Assembly (NCBI GenBank): GCA_964016885.1
Contig: OZ024742.1
Location: 372,744,001-372,808,000, forward strand
Source of the DNA: Eledone cirrhosa
Taxonomy: Eukaryota
DNA length: 64,000 bases
Reading direction: 5' to 3'
The notes under the pieces are model-generated. The model ran no database searches. It was given only the letters and a program-made list of their open reading frames with translations, and was not told where the DNA came from. The translations under genes and the position numbers were made by a program. Shown here piece after piece: positions 29,101 through 45,001 of this stretch. Position 1 is the first letter of the stretch. Every line of letters starts with the position of its first letter.

Positions 29101-31810
29101 TCTCATTCTATATAAACTGTAAATCTCATTCTATAAACTGTAAATCTCTTTCTATATAAACTGTAAATCTCATTCTATATAAACTGTAAATCTCTTTCTA
29201 TATAAACTGTAAATCTCATTCTATATAAACTGTAAATCTCTTTCTATATAAACTGTAAATCTCATTCTATATAAACTGTAAATCTCATTCTATAAACTGT
29301 AAATCTCTTTCTATATAAACTGTAAATCTCATTCTATATAAGCTGTAAATCTCATTCTATTAACTGTAAATCTCTTTCTATATAAACTGTAAATCCCATT
29401 CTATATAAACTCTATATATCATTCTATAAACTGTAAATCTCAGTCTATAAACTGTAAATCTCTTTCTATATAAACTGTAAATCTCTTTCTATATGAACTG
29501 TAAATCTCTTTCTATATAAACTGTAAATCTCATTCTATGTAAGCTGTAAATCTCATTCTATGAACTGGAAATCTCTTTCTATATAAACTGTAATTCTCAT
29601 TCTATGTAAACTGTAAATCTCATTCTATATAAACTGTAAATCTCTTTCTATATAAACTGTAAATCTCATTCTATATAAACTGTAAATCTCTTTCTATATA
29701 AACTGTAAATCTCATTCTATATAAACTGTAAATCCCATTCTATAAACCGTAAATCCCTTTCTATATAACCAGTAAATCTCTTTCTATAGAAACTGTAAAT
29801 CTCATGCTATAAACGGTAAATCTCATTCTATATAAACTGTAAATCTCATTCTATATAAACTCTGAATCTGATTCTATATAAACTGTAACTCTCATTTTAT
29901 ATAAACTGTGAATCTCATTCTATATAAACTGTATATCTCATTCTATATAAACTGTAAATCTCATTCGATAAACTGTAAATCTCTTTTTATATAAAATGTA
30001 AATCTCATTCTATAAACTGTAAATCTCTTTCTATATAAACTGTAAATCTCATTCTATATAAACTGTAAATCTCTTTCTATATAAACTGTAACTCTCATGC
30101 TATAAACTGAAAATCTCATTCTATATAAACTGTAAATCTCTTTCTATATAAACTCTGAATCTGATTCTATATAAACTGTAACTCTCATTTCATATAAACT
30201 GCGAATCTCATTCTATATAAACTGTATATCTCATTCTATATAAACTGTAAATCTCATTCGATAAACTGTAAATCTCTTTTTATATAAACTGTAAATCTCA
30301 TTCTATATAAACTGTAAATCTCATTCTATATAAAATGTAATTCTCATTCTATAAACTGTAAATCTCTTTCTATATAAACTGTAAATCTCATTCTATATAA
30401 ACTGTAAATCTCCTTCTATATAAACTGTAAATTTCATTCTATAAACTCTAAATCTCTTTCTATATAAACTGTAAATCTCATTCTATATAAACTGTAAATC
30501 TCATTCTATATAAACTGTAAATCTCTTTCTATATAAACTGTAAATCTCATTCTATATAAACTGTAATTCTCTTTCTATATAAACTGTAAATCTCATTCTA
30601 TATAAACTGTGAATCTCATTCTATATAAACTGTAAATCTCATTCTATAAACTGTAAATCTCTTTCTATATAAACTGTAAATCTCATTCTATATAAACTGT
30701 AAATCTCATTCTATTAACTGTAAATCTCTTTCTATATAAACTGTAAATCTCATTCTATATAAACTGTAATTCTCTTTCTATATAAACTGTAAATCTCATT
30801 CTATATAAACTGTGAATCTCATTCTATATAAACTGTAAATCTCATTCTATAAACTGTAAATCTCTTTCTATATAAACTGTAAATCTCATTCTATATAAGC
30901 TGTAAATCTCATTCTATTAACTGTAAATCTCTTTCTATATAAACTGTAAATCTCATTCTATATAAACTGTAAATCTCTTTCTATATGAACTGTAAATCTC
31001 ATTCTATATAACTTGTAAATCTCATTCTATAAACTGTGAATCTCATTCTATATAAACTGTAAGTCTCATTCTATAAACTGCAAATCTCATTCTATGAACT
31101 GTAAATCTCTTTCTATATAAACTGTAAAGCTCATTCTATATAAAATGTAAATCTCATTCTATAAACTGTAAATCTCTTTCTGTATAAACTGTAAATCTCA
31201 TTCTATATAAACTGTAAATCTCTTTCTATATAAACTGTATATTTCATTCTATAAACTGTAAATCTCTTTCTATATAAACTGTAAATCTAATTCTATATAA
31301 ACTTTAAATCTCTTTCTATATAAACTGTAAATCTCATTCTATATAAACTGTGAATCTCATTCTATAAGCTGTAAATCTCTTTCTATATAAACTGTAAATC
31401 TCATTTTATATACACTGTAAATCTCTTTCTATATAAACTGTAAATCTCATTCTATATAAACTGTAAATCTCATTCTATAAACTGTAAATCCCTTTCCATA
31501 TAAACTGTAAATCTCATTCTATATAAGTTGTAAATCTCATTCTATAAACTGTACATCTCTTTCTATATGAACTGTAAATCCCATTCTATATAAACTGTAT
31601 ATATCATTCTATAAACTGTAAATCACATTCTATAAACTGTAAATCTCTTTCTATATAAACTGTAAATCTCATTCTATATAAACTGTAAATCTATTTCTAT
31701 ATGAACTGTAAATCTCATTCTATATAAATTGTAAATCTCATTCTATAAACTGTGAATCTCATTCTATATAAACTGTAAGTCTCATTCTATAAACTGTAAA
31801 TCTCATTCTA
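26148..31810. repeat. Higher-order duplication, offset 2991 bp (~26148-28819 matches ~29139-31810)
   Basis: The CC of AAACCGTAAA lies at 26756/29747, CTGTAAAGCT at 28131/31122, CTTTAAATCT at 28311/31302 and TGCAAA at 28090/31081. Confidence 0.88.
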
Positions 31811-33151
31811 TGAACTGTAAATCTCTTTCTATATGAACTGTAAATCTCATTCTATATAAACTGTAAATCTCATTCTATAAACTGTAAATCTCTTTCTGTA
31901 TAAACTGTAAATCTCATTCTATATAAACTGTAAATCTCTTTCTATATAAAATGTAAATTTCATTCTATAAACTGTAAATCTCATTCTATATAAACTGTAA
32001 ATCTCATTCTATAAACTGTAAATCTAATTCTATATAAACTGTAAATCTCTTTCTATATGACCTGTAAATCTCTTTCTATATAACCTGTAAATCTCTTTCT
32101 ATATAAACTGTTAATCTCATGCTATAAACTGTAAATCTCATTCTATATAAACTGTAAATCTCTTTCTATATAACCTGTAAATCTCTTTCTATATAACCTG
32201 TAAATCTCTTTCTATATAAACTGTAAATCTCATGCTATAGACTGTAAATCTCATTCTATATGAACTGTAAATCTCTTTCTATATAAACTGTAAATCTCAT
32301 TCTATATAATCTGTAAATCTCATTCGATAAACTGTAAATCTCTTTTTATATAAACAGTAAATCTCATTCTATATAAACTGTAAATCTCATTCTATGAACT
32401 GTAAATCTCTTTCTATATAAACTGTAAATCTCATTCTATATAAAATGTAAATCTCATTCTATAAACTGTAAATCTCTTTCTATATAAACTGTAAATCTCA
32501 TTCTATATAAACTGTAAATCTCTTTCTATATAAACTGTAAATTTCATTCTATAAACTCTAAATCTCTTTCTATATAAACTGTAAATCTCATTCTATATAA
32601 ACTGTAAATCTCTTTCTATATAAATGTAAATCTCATTCTATATAAACTGAATCTCATTCTATATAAACTGTAAATCTCTTTCTATATAAACTGTAAATCT
32701 CATTCTATATAAACTGTAAATCTCATTCTATATAAACTGTAAATCTCATTCTATAAACTGTAAATCTCTTTCTATATAAACTGTAAATCTCATTCTATAT
32801 AAGCTGTAAATCTCATTCTATTAACTGTAAATCTCATTCTATATAAACTGTAAATCTCATTCTATATAAACTGTATATATCATTCTATAAACTGTAAATC
32901 TCAGTCTATAAACTGTAAATCTCTTTCTATATAAACTGTAAATCTCTTTCTATATGAACTGTAAATCTCTTTCTATATAAACTGTAAATCTCATTCTATA
33001 TAAGCTGTAAATCTCATTCTATGAACTGTAAATCTCTTTCTATATAAACTGTAAATCTCATTCTATATAAACTGTAAATCTCATTCTATAAACTGTAAAT
33101 CTCTTTCTATATAAACTGTAAATCTCATTCTATATAAACTGTAAATCTCAT

Positions 33152-36100
33152 TCTATAAACTGTAAATCTCTTTCTATATAAACTGTAAATCTCATTCTAT
33201 ATAAACTGTAAATCTCTTTCTATATAAACTGTAAATCTCATTCTATATAAACTGTAAATCTCTTTCTATATAAACTGTAAATCTCATTCTATATAAACTG
33301 TAAATCTCATTCTATAAACTGTAAATCTCTTTCTATATAAACTGTAAATCTCATTCTATATAAGCTGTAAATCTCATTCTATTAACTGTAAATCTCTTTC
33401 TATATAAACTGTAAATCCCATTCTATATAAACTCTATATATCATTCTATAAACTGTAAATCTCAGTCTATAAACTGTAAATCTCTTTCTATATAAACTGT
33501 AAATCTCATTCTATGTAAGCTGTAAATCTCATTCTATGAACTGGAAATCTCTTTCTATATAAACTGTAAATCTCATTCTATGTAAACTGTAAATCTCATT
33601 CTATATAAACTGTAAATCTCTTTCTATATAAACTGTAAATCTCATTCTATATAAACTGTAAATCTCTTTCTATATAAACTGTCAATCTCATTCTATATAA
33701 ACTGTAAATCCCATTCTATAAACCGTAAATCCCTTTCTATATAACCAGTAAATCTCTTTCTATAGAAACTGTAAATCTCATGCTATAAACGGTAAATCTC
33801 ATTCTATATAAACTGTAAATCTCATTCTATATAAACTGTATATCTCATTCTATATAAACTGTAAATCTCATTCTATATAAACTGTATATCTCATTCTATA
33901 TAAACTCTGAATCTGATTCTATATAAACTGTAACTCTCATTTTATATAAACTGTGAATCTCATTCTATATAAACTGTATATCTCATTCTATATAAACTGT
34001 AAATCTCATTCGATAAACTGTAAATCTCTTTTTATATAAAATGTAAATCTCATTCTATAAACTGTAAATCTCTTTCTATATAAACTGTAAATCTCATTCT
34101 ATATAAACTGTAAATCTCTTTCTATATAAACTGTAACTCTCATGCTATAAACTGAAAATCTCATTCTATATAAACTGTAAATCTCTTTCTATATAAACTC
34201 TGAATCTGATTCTATATAAACTGTAACTCTCATTTCATATAAACTGCGAATCTCATTCTATATAAACTGTATATCTCATTCTATATAAACTGTAAATCTC
34301 ATTCGATAAACTGTAAATCTCTTTTTATATAAACTGTAAATCTCATTCTATATAAACTGTAAATCTCATTCTATATAAAATGTAAATCTCATTCTATAAA
34401 CTGTAAATCTCTTTCTATATAAACTGTAAATCTCATTCTATATAAACTGTAAATCTCCTTCTATATAAACTGTAAATTTCATTCTATAAACTCTAAATCT
34501 CTTTCTATATAAACTGTAAATCTCATTCTATATAAACTGTAAATCTCATTCTATATAAACTGTAAATCTCTTTCTATATAAACTGTAAATCTCATTCTAT
34601 ATAAACTGTAATTCTCTTTCTATATAAACTGTAAATCTCATTCTATATAAACTGTGAATCTCATTCTATATAAACTGTAAATCTCATTCTATAAACTGTA
34701 AATCTCTTTCTATATAAACTGTAAATCTCATTCTATATAAGCTGTAAATCTCATTCTATTAACTGTAAATCTCTTTCTATATAAACTGTAAATCTCATTC
34801 TATATAAACTGTATATATCATTCTATAAAGTGTAAATCTCAGTCTATAAACTGTAAATCTCTTTCTATATAAACTGTAAATCTCTTTCTATATGAACTGT
34901 AATTCTCTTTCTATATAAACTGTAAATCTCATTCTATATAAGCTGTAAATCTCATTCTATGAACTGTAAATCTCTTTCTATATAAACTGTAAATCTCATT
35001 CTACATAAACTGTAAATCTCATTCTATAAACTGTAAATCTCATTCTATATAAACTGTAAATCTCATTCTATATAAACTGTAAATCTCTTTCTATATAAAC
35101 TGTAAATTTCATTCTATAAACTGTAAATCTCTTTCTATATAAACTGTAAATCTCATTCTATATAAACTGTAAATCTCATTCTATATAAACTGTAAATCTC
35201 ATTCTATAAACTGTAAATCTCTTTCTATATAAACTGTAAATCTCTTTCTATATGAACTGTAAATTTCTTTCTATATAAACTGTAAATCTCATTCTATATA
35301 AGCTGTAAATCTCATTCTATGAACTGTAAATATCTTTCTATATAAACTGTAAATCTCATTCTACATAAACTGTAAATCTCATTCTATAAACTGTAAATCT
35401 CTTTCTATATAAACTGTAAATCTCATTCTATATAAACTGTAAATCTCTTTCTATATAAACTGTAAATTTCATTCTATAAACTGTAAATCTCTTTCTATAT
35501 AAACTGTAAATCTCATTCTATATAAACTGTAAATCTCATTCTATATAAGCTGTAAATCTCATTCTATTAACTGTAAATCTCTTTATATATAAACTGTAAA
35601 TCTCATTCAATATAAACTGTATATATCATTCTATAAACTGTAAATCTCAGTCTATAAACTGTAAATCTCTTTCTCTATAAACTGTAAATCTCTTTCTATA
35701 TGAACTGTAAATCTCTTTCTATATAAACTGTAAATCTCATTCTATGTAAGCTGTAAATCTCATTCTATGAACAGTAAATCTCTTTCTATATAAACTGTAA
35801 ATCTCATTCTATATAAACTGTAAATCTCATTCTATGAACTGTAAATCTCTTTCTATATAAACTGTAAATCTCATTCTATATAAACTGTAAATTTCATTCT
35901 ATAAACTGTAAATCTCTTTCTATATAAACTGTAAATCTCATTCTATATAAACTGTAAATCTCTTTCTATATAAACTGTAAATCTCATTCTATATAAACTG
36001 TGAATCTCATTCTATAAACTGTAAATCTCTTTCTATATAAACTGTAAATATCATTCTATATACACTGTAAATCTCTTTCTATATAAACTGTAAATCCCAT

Positions 36101-39100
36101 TCTATATAAACTGTATATATCATTCTATAAACTGTAAATCACATTCTATAAACTGTAAATCTCTTTCTATATAAACTGTAAATCTCATTCTATATAAACT
36201 GTAAATCTCTTTCTATATGAACTGTAAATCTCATTCTATATAACTTGTAAATCTCATTCTATAAACTGTGAATCTCATTCTATATAAACTGTAAGTCTCA
36301 TTCTATAAACTGCAAATCTCATTCTATGAACTGTAAATCTCTTTCTATATAAACTGTAAATCTCATTCTATATAAAATGTAAATCTCATTCTATAAACTG
36401 TAAATCTCTTTCTGTATAAACTGTAAATCTCATTCTATATAAACTGTAAATATCTTTCTATGTAAACTGTAAATTTCATTCTATAAACTGTAAATCTCTT
36501 TCTATATAAACTGTAAATCTAATTCTATATAAACTGTAAATCTCTTTCTATATAAACTGTAAATCTCATTCTATATAAACTGTGAATCTCATTCTATAAG
36601 CTGTAAATCTCTTTCTATATAAACTGTAAATCTCATTCTATATACACTGTAAATCTCTTTCTATATAAACTGTAAATCTCATTTTATATAAACTGAAAAT
36701 CTCATTCTATAAACTGTAAATCCCTTTCCATATAAACTGTAAATCTCATTCTATATAAGCTGTAAATCTCATTCTATAAACTGTACATCTCTTTCTATAT
36801 AAACTGTAAATCCCATTCTATATAAACTGTATATATCATTCTATAAACTGTAAATCTCATTCTATATACTGTAAATCTCTTTCTATATAAACTGTAAATC
36901 TAATTCTATATTAACTGTAAATCTCATTCTATAAACTGTACATCTCTTTCTATATAAACTGTAAATCCCATTCTATATAAACTGTAAATTTCATTCTATA
37001 AACTGTAAATCTCTTTCTATATAAACTGTAAATCTCATTCTATATAAACTGTAAATCTCTTTCTATATAAACTGTAAATCTCACTCTATATAAACTGTAA
37101 ATCTCTTTCTATATAAACTGTAAATCTCGTTCTATATAAGCTGTAAATCTCATTCTATAAACTGTAAATCTCATTCTATATAAACTGTAAATCCCATTCT
37201 ATATAAACTGTATATATCATTCTATAAACTGTAAATCACATTCTATAAACTGTAAATCTCTTTCTATATAAACTGTAAATCTCATTCTATATAAACTGTA
37301 ACTCTATTTCTATATGAACTGTAAATCTCATTCTATATAAATTGTAAATCTCATTCTATAAACTGTGAATCTCATTCTATATAAACTGTAAATCTCATTC
37401 TATAAACTGTAAATCTCATTCTATGAACTGTAAATCTCTTTCTATATAAACTGTAAATCTCATTCTATATAAACTGTAAATCTCATTCTATAAACTGTAA
37501 ATCTCTTTCTGTATAAACTGTAAATCTCATTCTATATAAACTGTAAATCTCTTTCTATATAAACTGTAAATTTCATTCTATAAACTGTAAATCTCATTCT
37601 ATATAAACTGTAAATCTCATTCTATAAACTGTAAATCTCATTCTATATAAACTGTAAATCTCTTTCTATATAACCTGTAAATCTCTTTCTATATAACCTG
37701 TAAATCTCTTTCTATATAAACTGTTAATCTCATGCTATAAACTGTAAATCTCATTCTATATAAACTGTAAATCTCTTTCTATATAACCTGTAAATCTCTT
37801 TCTATATAACCTGTAAATCTCTTTCTATATAAACTGTAAATCTCATGCTATAGACTGTAAATCTCATTCTATATGAACTGTAAATCTCTTTCTATATAAA
37901 CTGTAAATCTCATTCTATATAATCTGTAAATCTCATTCGATAAACTGTAAATCTCTTTTTATATAAACAGTAAATCTCATTCTATATAAACTGTAAATCT
38001 CATTCTATGAACTGTAAATCTCTTTCTATATAAACTGTAAATCTCATTCTATATAAAATGTAAATCTCATTCTATAAACTGTAAATCTCTTTCTATATAA
38101 AGTGTAAATCTCATTCTATATAAACTGTAAATCTCTTTCTATATAAACTGTAAATTTCATTCTATAAGCTCTAAATCTCTTTCTATATAAACTGTAAATC
38201 TCATTCTATATAAACTGTAAATCTCTTTCTATATAAATGTAAATCTCATTCTATATAAACTGAATCTCATTCTATATAAACTGTAAATCTCTTTCTATAT
38301 AAACTGTAAATCTCATTCTATATAAACTGTAAATCTCATTCTATATAAACTGTAAATCTCATTCTATAAACTGTAAATCTCTTTCTATATAAACTGTAAA
38401 TCTCATTCTATATAAGCTGTAAATCTCATTCTATTAACTGTAAATCTCATTCTATATAAACTGTAAATCTCATTCTATATAAACTGTATATATCATTCTA
38501 TAAACTGTAAATCTCAGTCTATAAACTGTAAATCTCTTTCTATATAAACTGTAAATCTCTTTCTATATGAACTGTAAATCTCTTTCTATATAAACTGTAA
38601 ATCTCATTCTATATAAGTTGTAAATCTCATTCTATGAACTGTAAATCTCTTTCTATATAAACTGTAAATCTCATTCTATATAAACTGTAAATCTCATTCT
38701 ATAAACTGTAAATCTCTTTCTATATAAACTGTAAATCTCATTCTATATAAACTGTAAATCTCTTTCTATATAAACTGTAAATTTCATTCTATAAACTGTA
38801 AATCTCTTTCTATATAAACTGTAAATCTCATTCTATATAAACTGTAAATCTCTTTCTATATAAACTGTAAATCTCATTCTATATAAACTGTATATCTCAT
38901 TCTATAAACTGTAAATCTCTTTCTATATAAACTGTAAATCTCATTCTATATAAGCTGTAAATCTCATTCTATTAACTGTAAATCTCTTTCTATATAAACT
39001 GTAAATCTCATTCTATATAAACTCTATATATCATTCTATAAACTGTAAATCTCAGTCTATAAACTGTAAATCTCTTTCTATATAAACTGTAAATCTCATT

Positions 39101-42100
39101 CTATATAAACTGTAAATCTCTTTCTATATAAACTGTAAATCTCATTCTATATAAACTGTAAATCTCTTTCTATATAAACTGTAAATCTCATTCTATATAA
39201 ACTGTAAATCTCATTCTATAAACTGTAAATCTCTTTCTATATAAACTGTAAATCTCATTCTATATAAGCTGTAAATCTCATTCTATTAACTGTAAATCTC
39301 TTTCTATATAAACTGTAAATCCCATTCTATATAAACTCTATATATCATTCTATAAACTGTAAATCTCAGTCTATAAACTGTAAATCTCTTTCTATATAAA
39401 CTGTAAATCTCATTCTATGTAAGCTGTAAATCTCATTCTATGAACTGGAAATCTCTTTCTATATAAACTGTAAATCTCATTCTATGTAAACTGTAAATCT
39501 CATTCTATATAAACTGTAAATCTCTTTCTATATAAACTGTAAATCTCATTCTATATAAACTGTAAATCTCTTTCTATATAAACTGTCAATCTCATTCTAT
39601 ATAAACTGTAAATCCCATTCTATAAACCGTAAATCCCTTTCTATATAACCAGTAAATCTCTTTCTATAGAAACTGTAAATCTCATGCTATAAACGGTAAA
39701 TCTCATTCTATATAAACTGTAAATCTCATTCTATATAAACTGTATATCTCATTCTATATAAACTGTAAATCTCATTCTATATAAACTGTATATCTCATTC
39801 TATATAAACTCTGAATCTGATTCTATATAAACTGTAACTCTCATTTTATATAAACTGTGAATCTCATTCTATATAAACTGTATATCTCATTCTATATAAA
39901 CTGTAAATCTCATTCGATAAACTGTAAATCTCTTTTTATATAAAATGTAAATCTCATTCTATAAACTGTAAATCTCTTTCTATATAAACTGTAAATCTCA
40001 TTCTATATAAACTGTAAATCTCTTTCTATATAAACTGTAACTCTCATGCTATAAACTGAAAATCTCATTCTATATAAACTGTAAATCTCTTTCTATATAA
40101 ACTCTGAATCTGATTCTATATAAACTGTAACTCTCATTTCATATAAACTGCGAATCTCATTCTATATAAACTGTATATCTCATTCTATATAAACTGTAAA
40201 TCTCATTCGATAAACTGTAAATCTCTTTTTATATAAACTGTAAATCTCATTCTATATAAACTGTAAATCTCATTCTATATAAAATGTAAATCTCATTCTA
40301 TAAACTGTAAATCTCTTTCTATATAAACTGTAAATCTCATTCTATATAAACTGTAAATCTCCTTCTATATAAACTGTAAATTTCATTCTATAAACTCTAA
40401 ATCTCTTTCTATATAAACTGTAAATCTCATTCTATATAAACTGTAAATCTCATTCTATATAAACTGTAAATCTCTTTCTATATAAACTGTAAATCTCATT
40501 CTATATAAACTGTAATTCTCTTTCTATATAAACTGTAAATCTCATTCTATATAAACTGTGAATCTCATTCTATATAAACTGTAAATCTCATTCTATAAAC
40601 TGTAAATCTCTTTCTATATAAACTGTAAATCTCATTCTATATAAGCTGTAAATCTCATTCTATTAACTGTAAATCTCTTTCTATATAAACTGTAAATCTC
40701 ATTCTATATAAACTGTATATATCATTCTATAAAGTGTAAATCTCAGTCTATAAACTGTAAATCTCTTTCTATATAAACTGTAAATCTCTTTCTATATGAA
40801 CTGTAATTCTCTTTCTATATAAACTGTAAATCTCATTCTATATAAGCTGTAAATCTCATTCTATGAACTGTAAATCTCTTTCTATATAAACTGTAAATCT
40901 CATTCTACATAAACTGTAAATCTCATTCTATAAACTGTAAATCTCATTCTATATAAACTGTAAATCTCATTCTATATAAACTGTAAATCTCTTTCTATAT
41001 AAACTGTAAATTTCATTCTATAAACTGTAAATCTCTTTCTATATAAACTGTAAATCTCATTCTATATAAACTGTAAATCTCATTCTATATAAACTGTAAA
41101 TCTCATTCTATAAACTGTAAATCTCTTTCTATATAAACTGTAAATCTCTTTCTATATGAACTGTAAATTTCTTTCTATATAAACTGTAAATCTCATTCTA
41201 TATAAGCTGTAAATCTCATTCTATGAACTGTAAATATCTTTCTATATAAACTGTAAATCTCATTCTACATAAACTGTAAATCTCATTCTATAAACTGTAA
41301 ATCTCTTTCTATATAAACTGTAAATCTCATTCTATATAAACTGTAAATCTCTTTCTATATAAACTGTAAATTTCATTCTATAAACTGTAAATCTCTTTCT
41401 ATATAAACTGTAAATCTCATTCTATATAAACTGTAAATCTCATTCTATATAAGCTGTAAATCTCATTCTATTAACTGTAAATCTCTTTATATATAAACTG
41501 TAAATCTCATTCAATATAAACTGTATATATCATTCTATAAACTGTAAATCTCAGTCTATAAACTGTAAATCTCTTTCTCTATAAACTGTAAATCTCTTTC
41601 TATATGAACTGTAAATCTCTTTCTATATAAACTGTAAATCTCATTCTATGTAAGCTGTAAATCTCATTCTATGAACAGTAAATCTCTTTCTATATAAACT
41701 GTAAATCTCATTCTATATAAACTGTAAATCTCATTCTATGAACTGTAAATCTCTTTCTATATAAACTGTAAATCTCATTCTATATAAACTGTAAATTTCA
41801 TTCTATAAACTGTAAATCTCTTTCTATATAAACTGTAAATCTCATTCTATATAAACTGTAAATCTCTTTCTATATAAACTGTAAATCTCATTCTATATAA
41901 ACTGTGAATCTCATTCTATAAACTGTAAATCTCTTTCTATATAAACTGTAAATATCATTCTATATACACTGTAAATCTCTTTCTATATAAACTGTAAATC
42001 CCATTCTATATAAACTGTATATATCATTCTATAAACTGTAAATCACATTCTATAAACTGTAAATCTCTTTCTATATAAACTGTAAATCTCATTCTATATA

Positions 42101-45001
42101 AACTGTAAATCTCTTTCTATATGAACTGTAAATCTCATTCTATATAACTTGTAAATCTCATTCTATAAACTGTGAATCTCATTCTATATAAACTGTAAGT
42201 CTCATTCTATAAACTGCAAATCTCATTCTATGAACTGTAAATCTCTTTCTATATAAACTGTAAATCTCATTCTATATAAAATGTAAATCTCATTCTATAA
42301 ACTGTAAATCTCTTTCTGTATAAACTGTAAATCTCATTCTATATAAACTGTAAATATCTTTCTATGTAAACTGTAAATTTCATTCTATAAACTGTAAATC
42401 TCTTTCTATATAAACTGTAAATCTAATTCTATATAAACTGTAAATCTCTTTCTATATAAACTGTAAATCTCATTCTATATAAACTGTGAATCTCATTCTA
42501 TAAGCTGTAAATCTCTTTCTATATAAACTGTAAATCTCATTCTATATACACTGTAAATCTCTTTCTATATAAACTGTAAATCTCATTTTATATAAACTGA
42601 AAATCTCATTCTATAAACTGTAAATCCCTTTCCATATAAACTGTAAATCTCATTCTATATAAGCTGTAAATCTCATTCTATAAACTGTACATCTCTTTCT
42701 ATATAAACTGTAAATCCCATTCTATATAAACTGTATATATCATTCTATAAACTGTAAATCTCATTCTATATACTGTAAATCTCTTTCTATATAAACTGTA
42801 AATCTAATTCTATATTAACTGTAAATCTCATTCTATAAACTGTACATCTCTTTCTATATAAACTGTAAATCCCATTCTATATAAACTGTAAATTTCATTC
42901 TATAAACTGTAAATCTCTTTCTATATAAACTGTAAATCTCATTCTATATAAACTGTAAATCTCTTTCTATATAAACTGTAAATCTCACTCTATATAAACT
43001 GTAAATCTCTTTCTATATAAACTGTAAATCTCGTTCTATATAAGCTGTAAATCTCATTCTATAAACTGTAAATCTCATTCTATATAAACTGTAAATCCCA
43101 TTCTATATAAACTGTATATATCATTCTATAAACTGTAAATCACATTCTATAAACTGTAAATCTCTTTCTATATAAACTGTAAATCTCATTCTATATAAAC
43201 TGTAAATCTATTTCTATATGAACTGTAAATCTCATTCTATATAAATTGTAAATCTCATTCTATAAACTGTGAATCTCATTCTATATAAACTGTAAATCTC
43301 ATTCTATAAACTGTAAATCTCATTCTATGAACTGTAAATCTCTTTCTATATAAACTGTAAATCTCATTCTATATAAACTGTAAATCTCATTCTATAAACT
43401 GTAAATCTCTTTCTGTATAAACTGTAAATCTCATTCTATATAAACTGTAAATCTCTTTCTATATAAACTGTAAATTTCATTCTATAAACTGTAAATCTCA
43501 TTCTATATAAACTGTAAATCTCATTCTATAAACTGTAAATCTCATTCTATATAAACTGTAAATCTCTTTCTATATAACCTGTAAATCTCTTTCTATATAA
43601 CCTGTAAATCTCTTTCTATATAAACTGTTAATCTCATGCTATAAACTGTAAATCTCATTCTATATAAACTGTAAATCTCTTTCTATATAACCTGTAAATC
43701 TCTTTCTATATAACCTGTAAATCTCTTTCTATATAAACTGTAAATCTCATGCTATAGACTGTAAATCTCATTCTATATGAACTGTAAATCTCTTTCTATA
43801 TAAACTGTAAATCTCATTCTATATAATCTGTAAATCTCATTCGATAAACTGTAAATCTCTTTTTATATAAACAGTAAATCTCATTCTATATAAACTGTAA
43901 ATCTCATTCTATGAACTGTAAATCTCTTTCTATATAAACTGTAAATCTCATTCTATATAAAATGTAAATCTCATTCTATAAACTGTAAATCTCTTTCTAT
44001 ATAAAGTGTAAATCTCATTCTATATAAACTGTAAATCTCTTTCTATATAAACTGTAAATTTCATTCTATAAGCTCTAAATCTCTTTCTATATAAACTGTA
44101 AATCTCATTCTATATAAACTGTAAATCTCTTTCTATATAAATGTAAATCTCATTCTATATAAACTGAATCTCATTCTATATAAACTGTAAATCTCTTTCT
44201 ATATAAACTGTAAATCTCATTCTATATAAACTGTAAATCTCATTCTATATAAACTGTAAATCTCATTCTATAAACTGTAAATCTCTTTCTATATAAACTG
44301 TAAATCTCATTCTATATAAGCTGTAAATCTCATTCTATTAACTGTAAATCTCATTCTATATAAACTGTAAATCTCATTCTATATAAACTGTATATATCAT
44401 TCTATAAACTGTAAATCTCAGTCTATAAACTGTAAATCTCTTTCTATATAAACTGTAAATCTCTTTCTATATGAACTGTAAATCTCTTTCTATATAAACT
44501 GTAAATCTCATTCTATATAAGTTGTAAATCTCATTCTATGAACTGTAAATCTCTTTCTATATAAACTGTAAATCTCATTCTATATAAACTGTAAATCTCA
44601 TTCTATAAACTGTAAATCTCTTTCTATATAAACTGTAAATCTCATTCTATATAAACTGTAAATCTCTTTCTATATAAACTGTAAATTTCATTCTATAAAC
44701 TGTAAATCTCTTTCTATATAAACTGTAAATCTCATTCTATATAAACTGTAAATCTCTTTCTATATAAACTGTAAATCTCATTCTATATAAACTGTATATC
44801 TCATTCTATAAACTGTAAATCTCTTTCTATATAAACTGTAAATCTCATTCTATATAAGCTGTAAATCTCATTCTATTAACTGTAAATCTCTTTCTATATA
44901 AACTGTAAATCTCATTCTATATAAACTCTATATATCATTCTATAAACTGTAAATCTCAGTCTATAAACTGTAAATCTCTTTCTATATAAACTGTAAATCT
45001 C
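33152..45001. repeat. Near-perfect tandem duplication, period 5904 bp
   Basis: Rare variants recur at exactly +5904: GTCAAT (C at 33683/39587), CTTTATATAT 35581/41485, ACAGTAAATC 35771/41675, TATCTTTCTATG 36451/42355, TCTATAAGCTCT 38161/44065. Confidence 0.93.
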
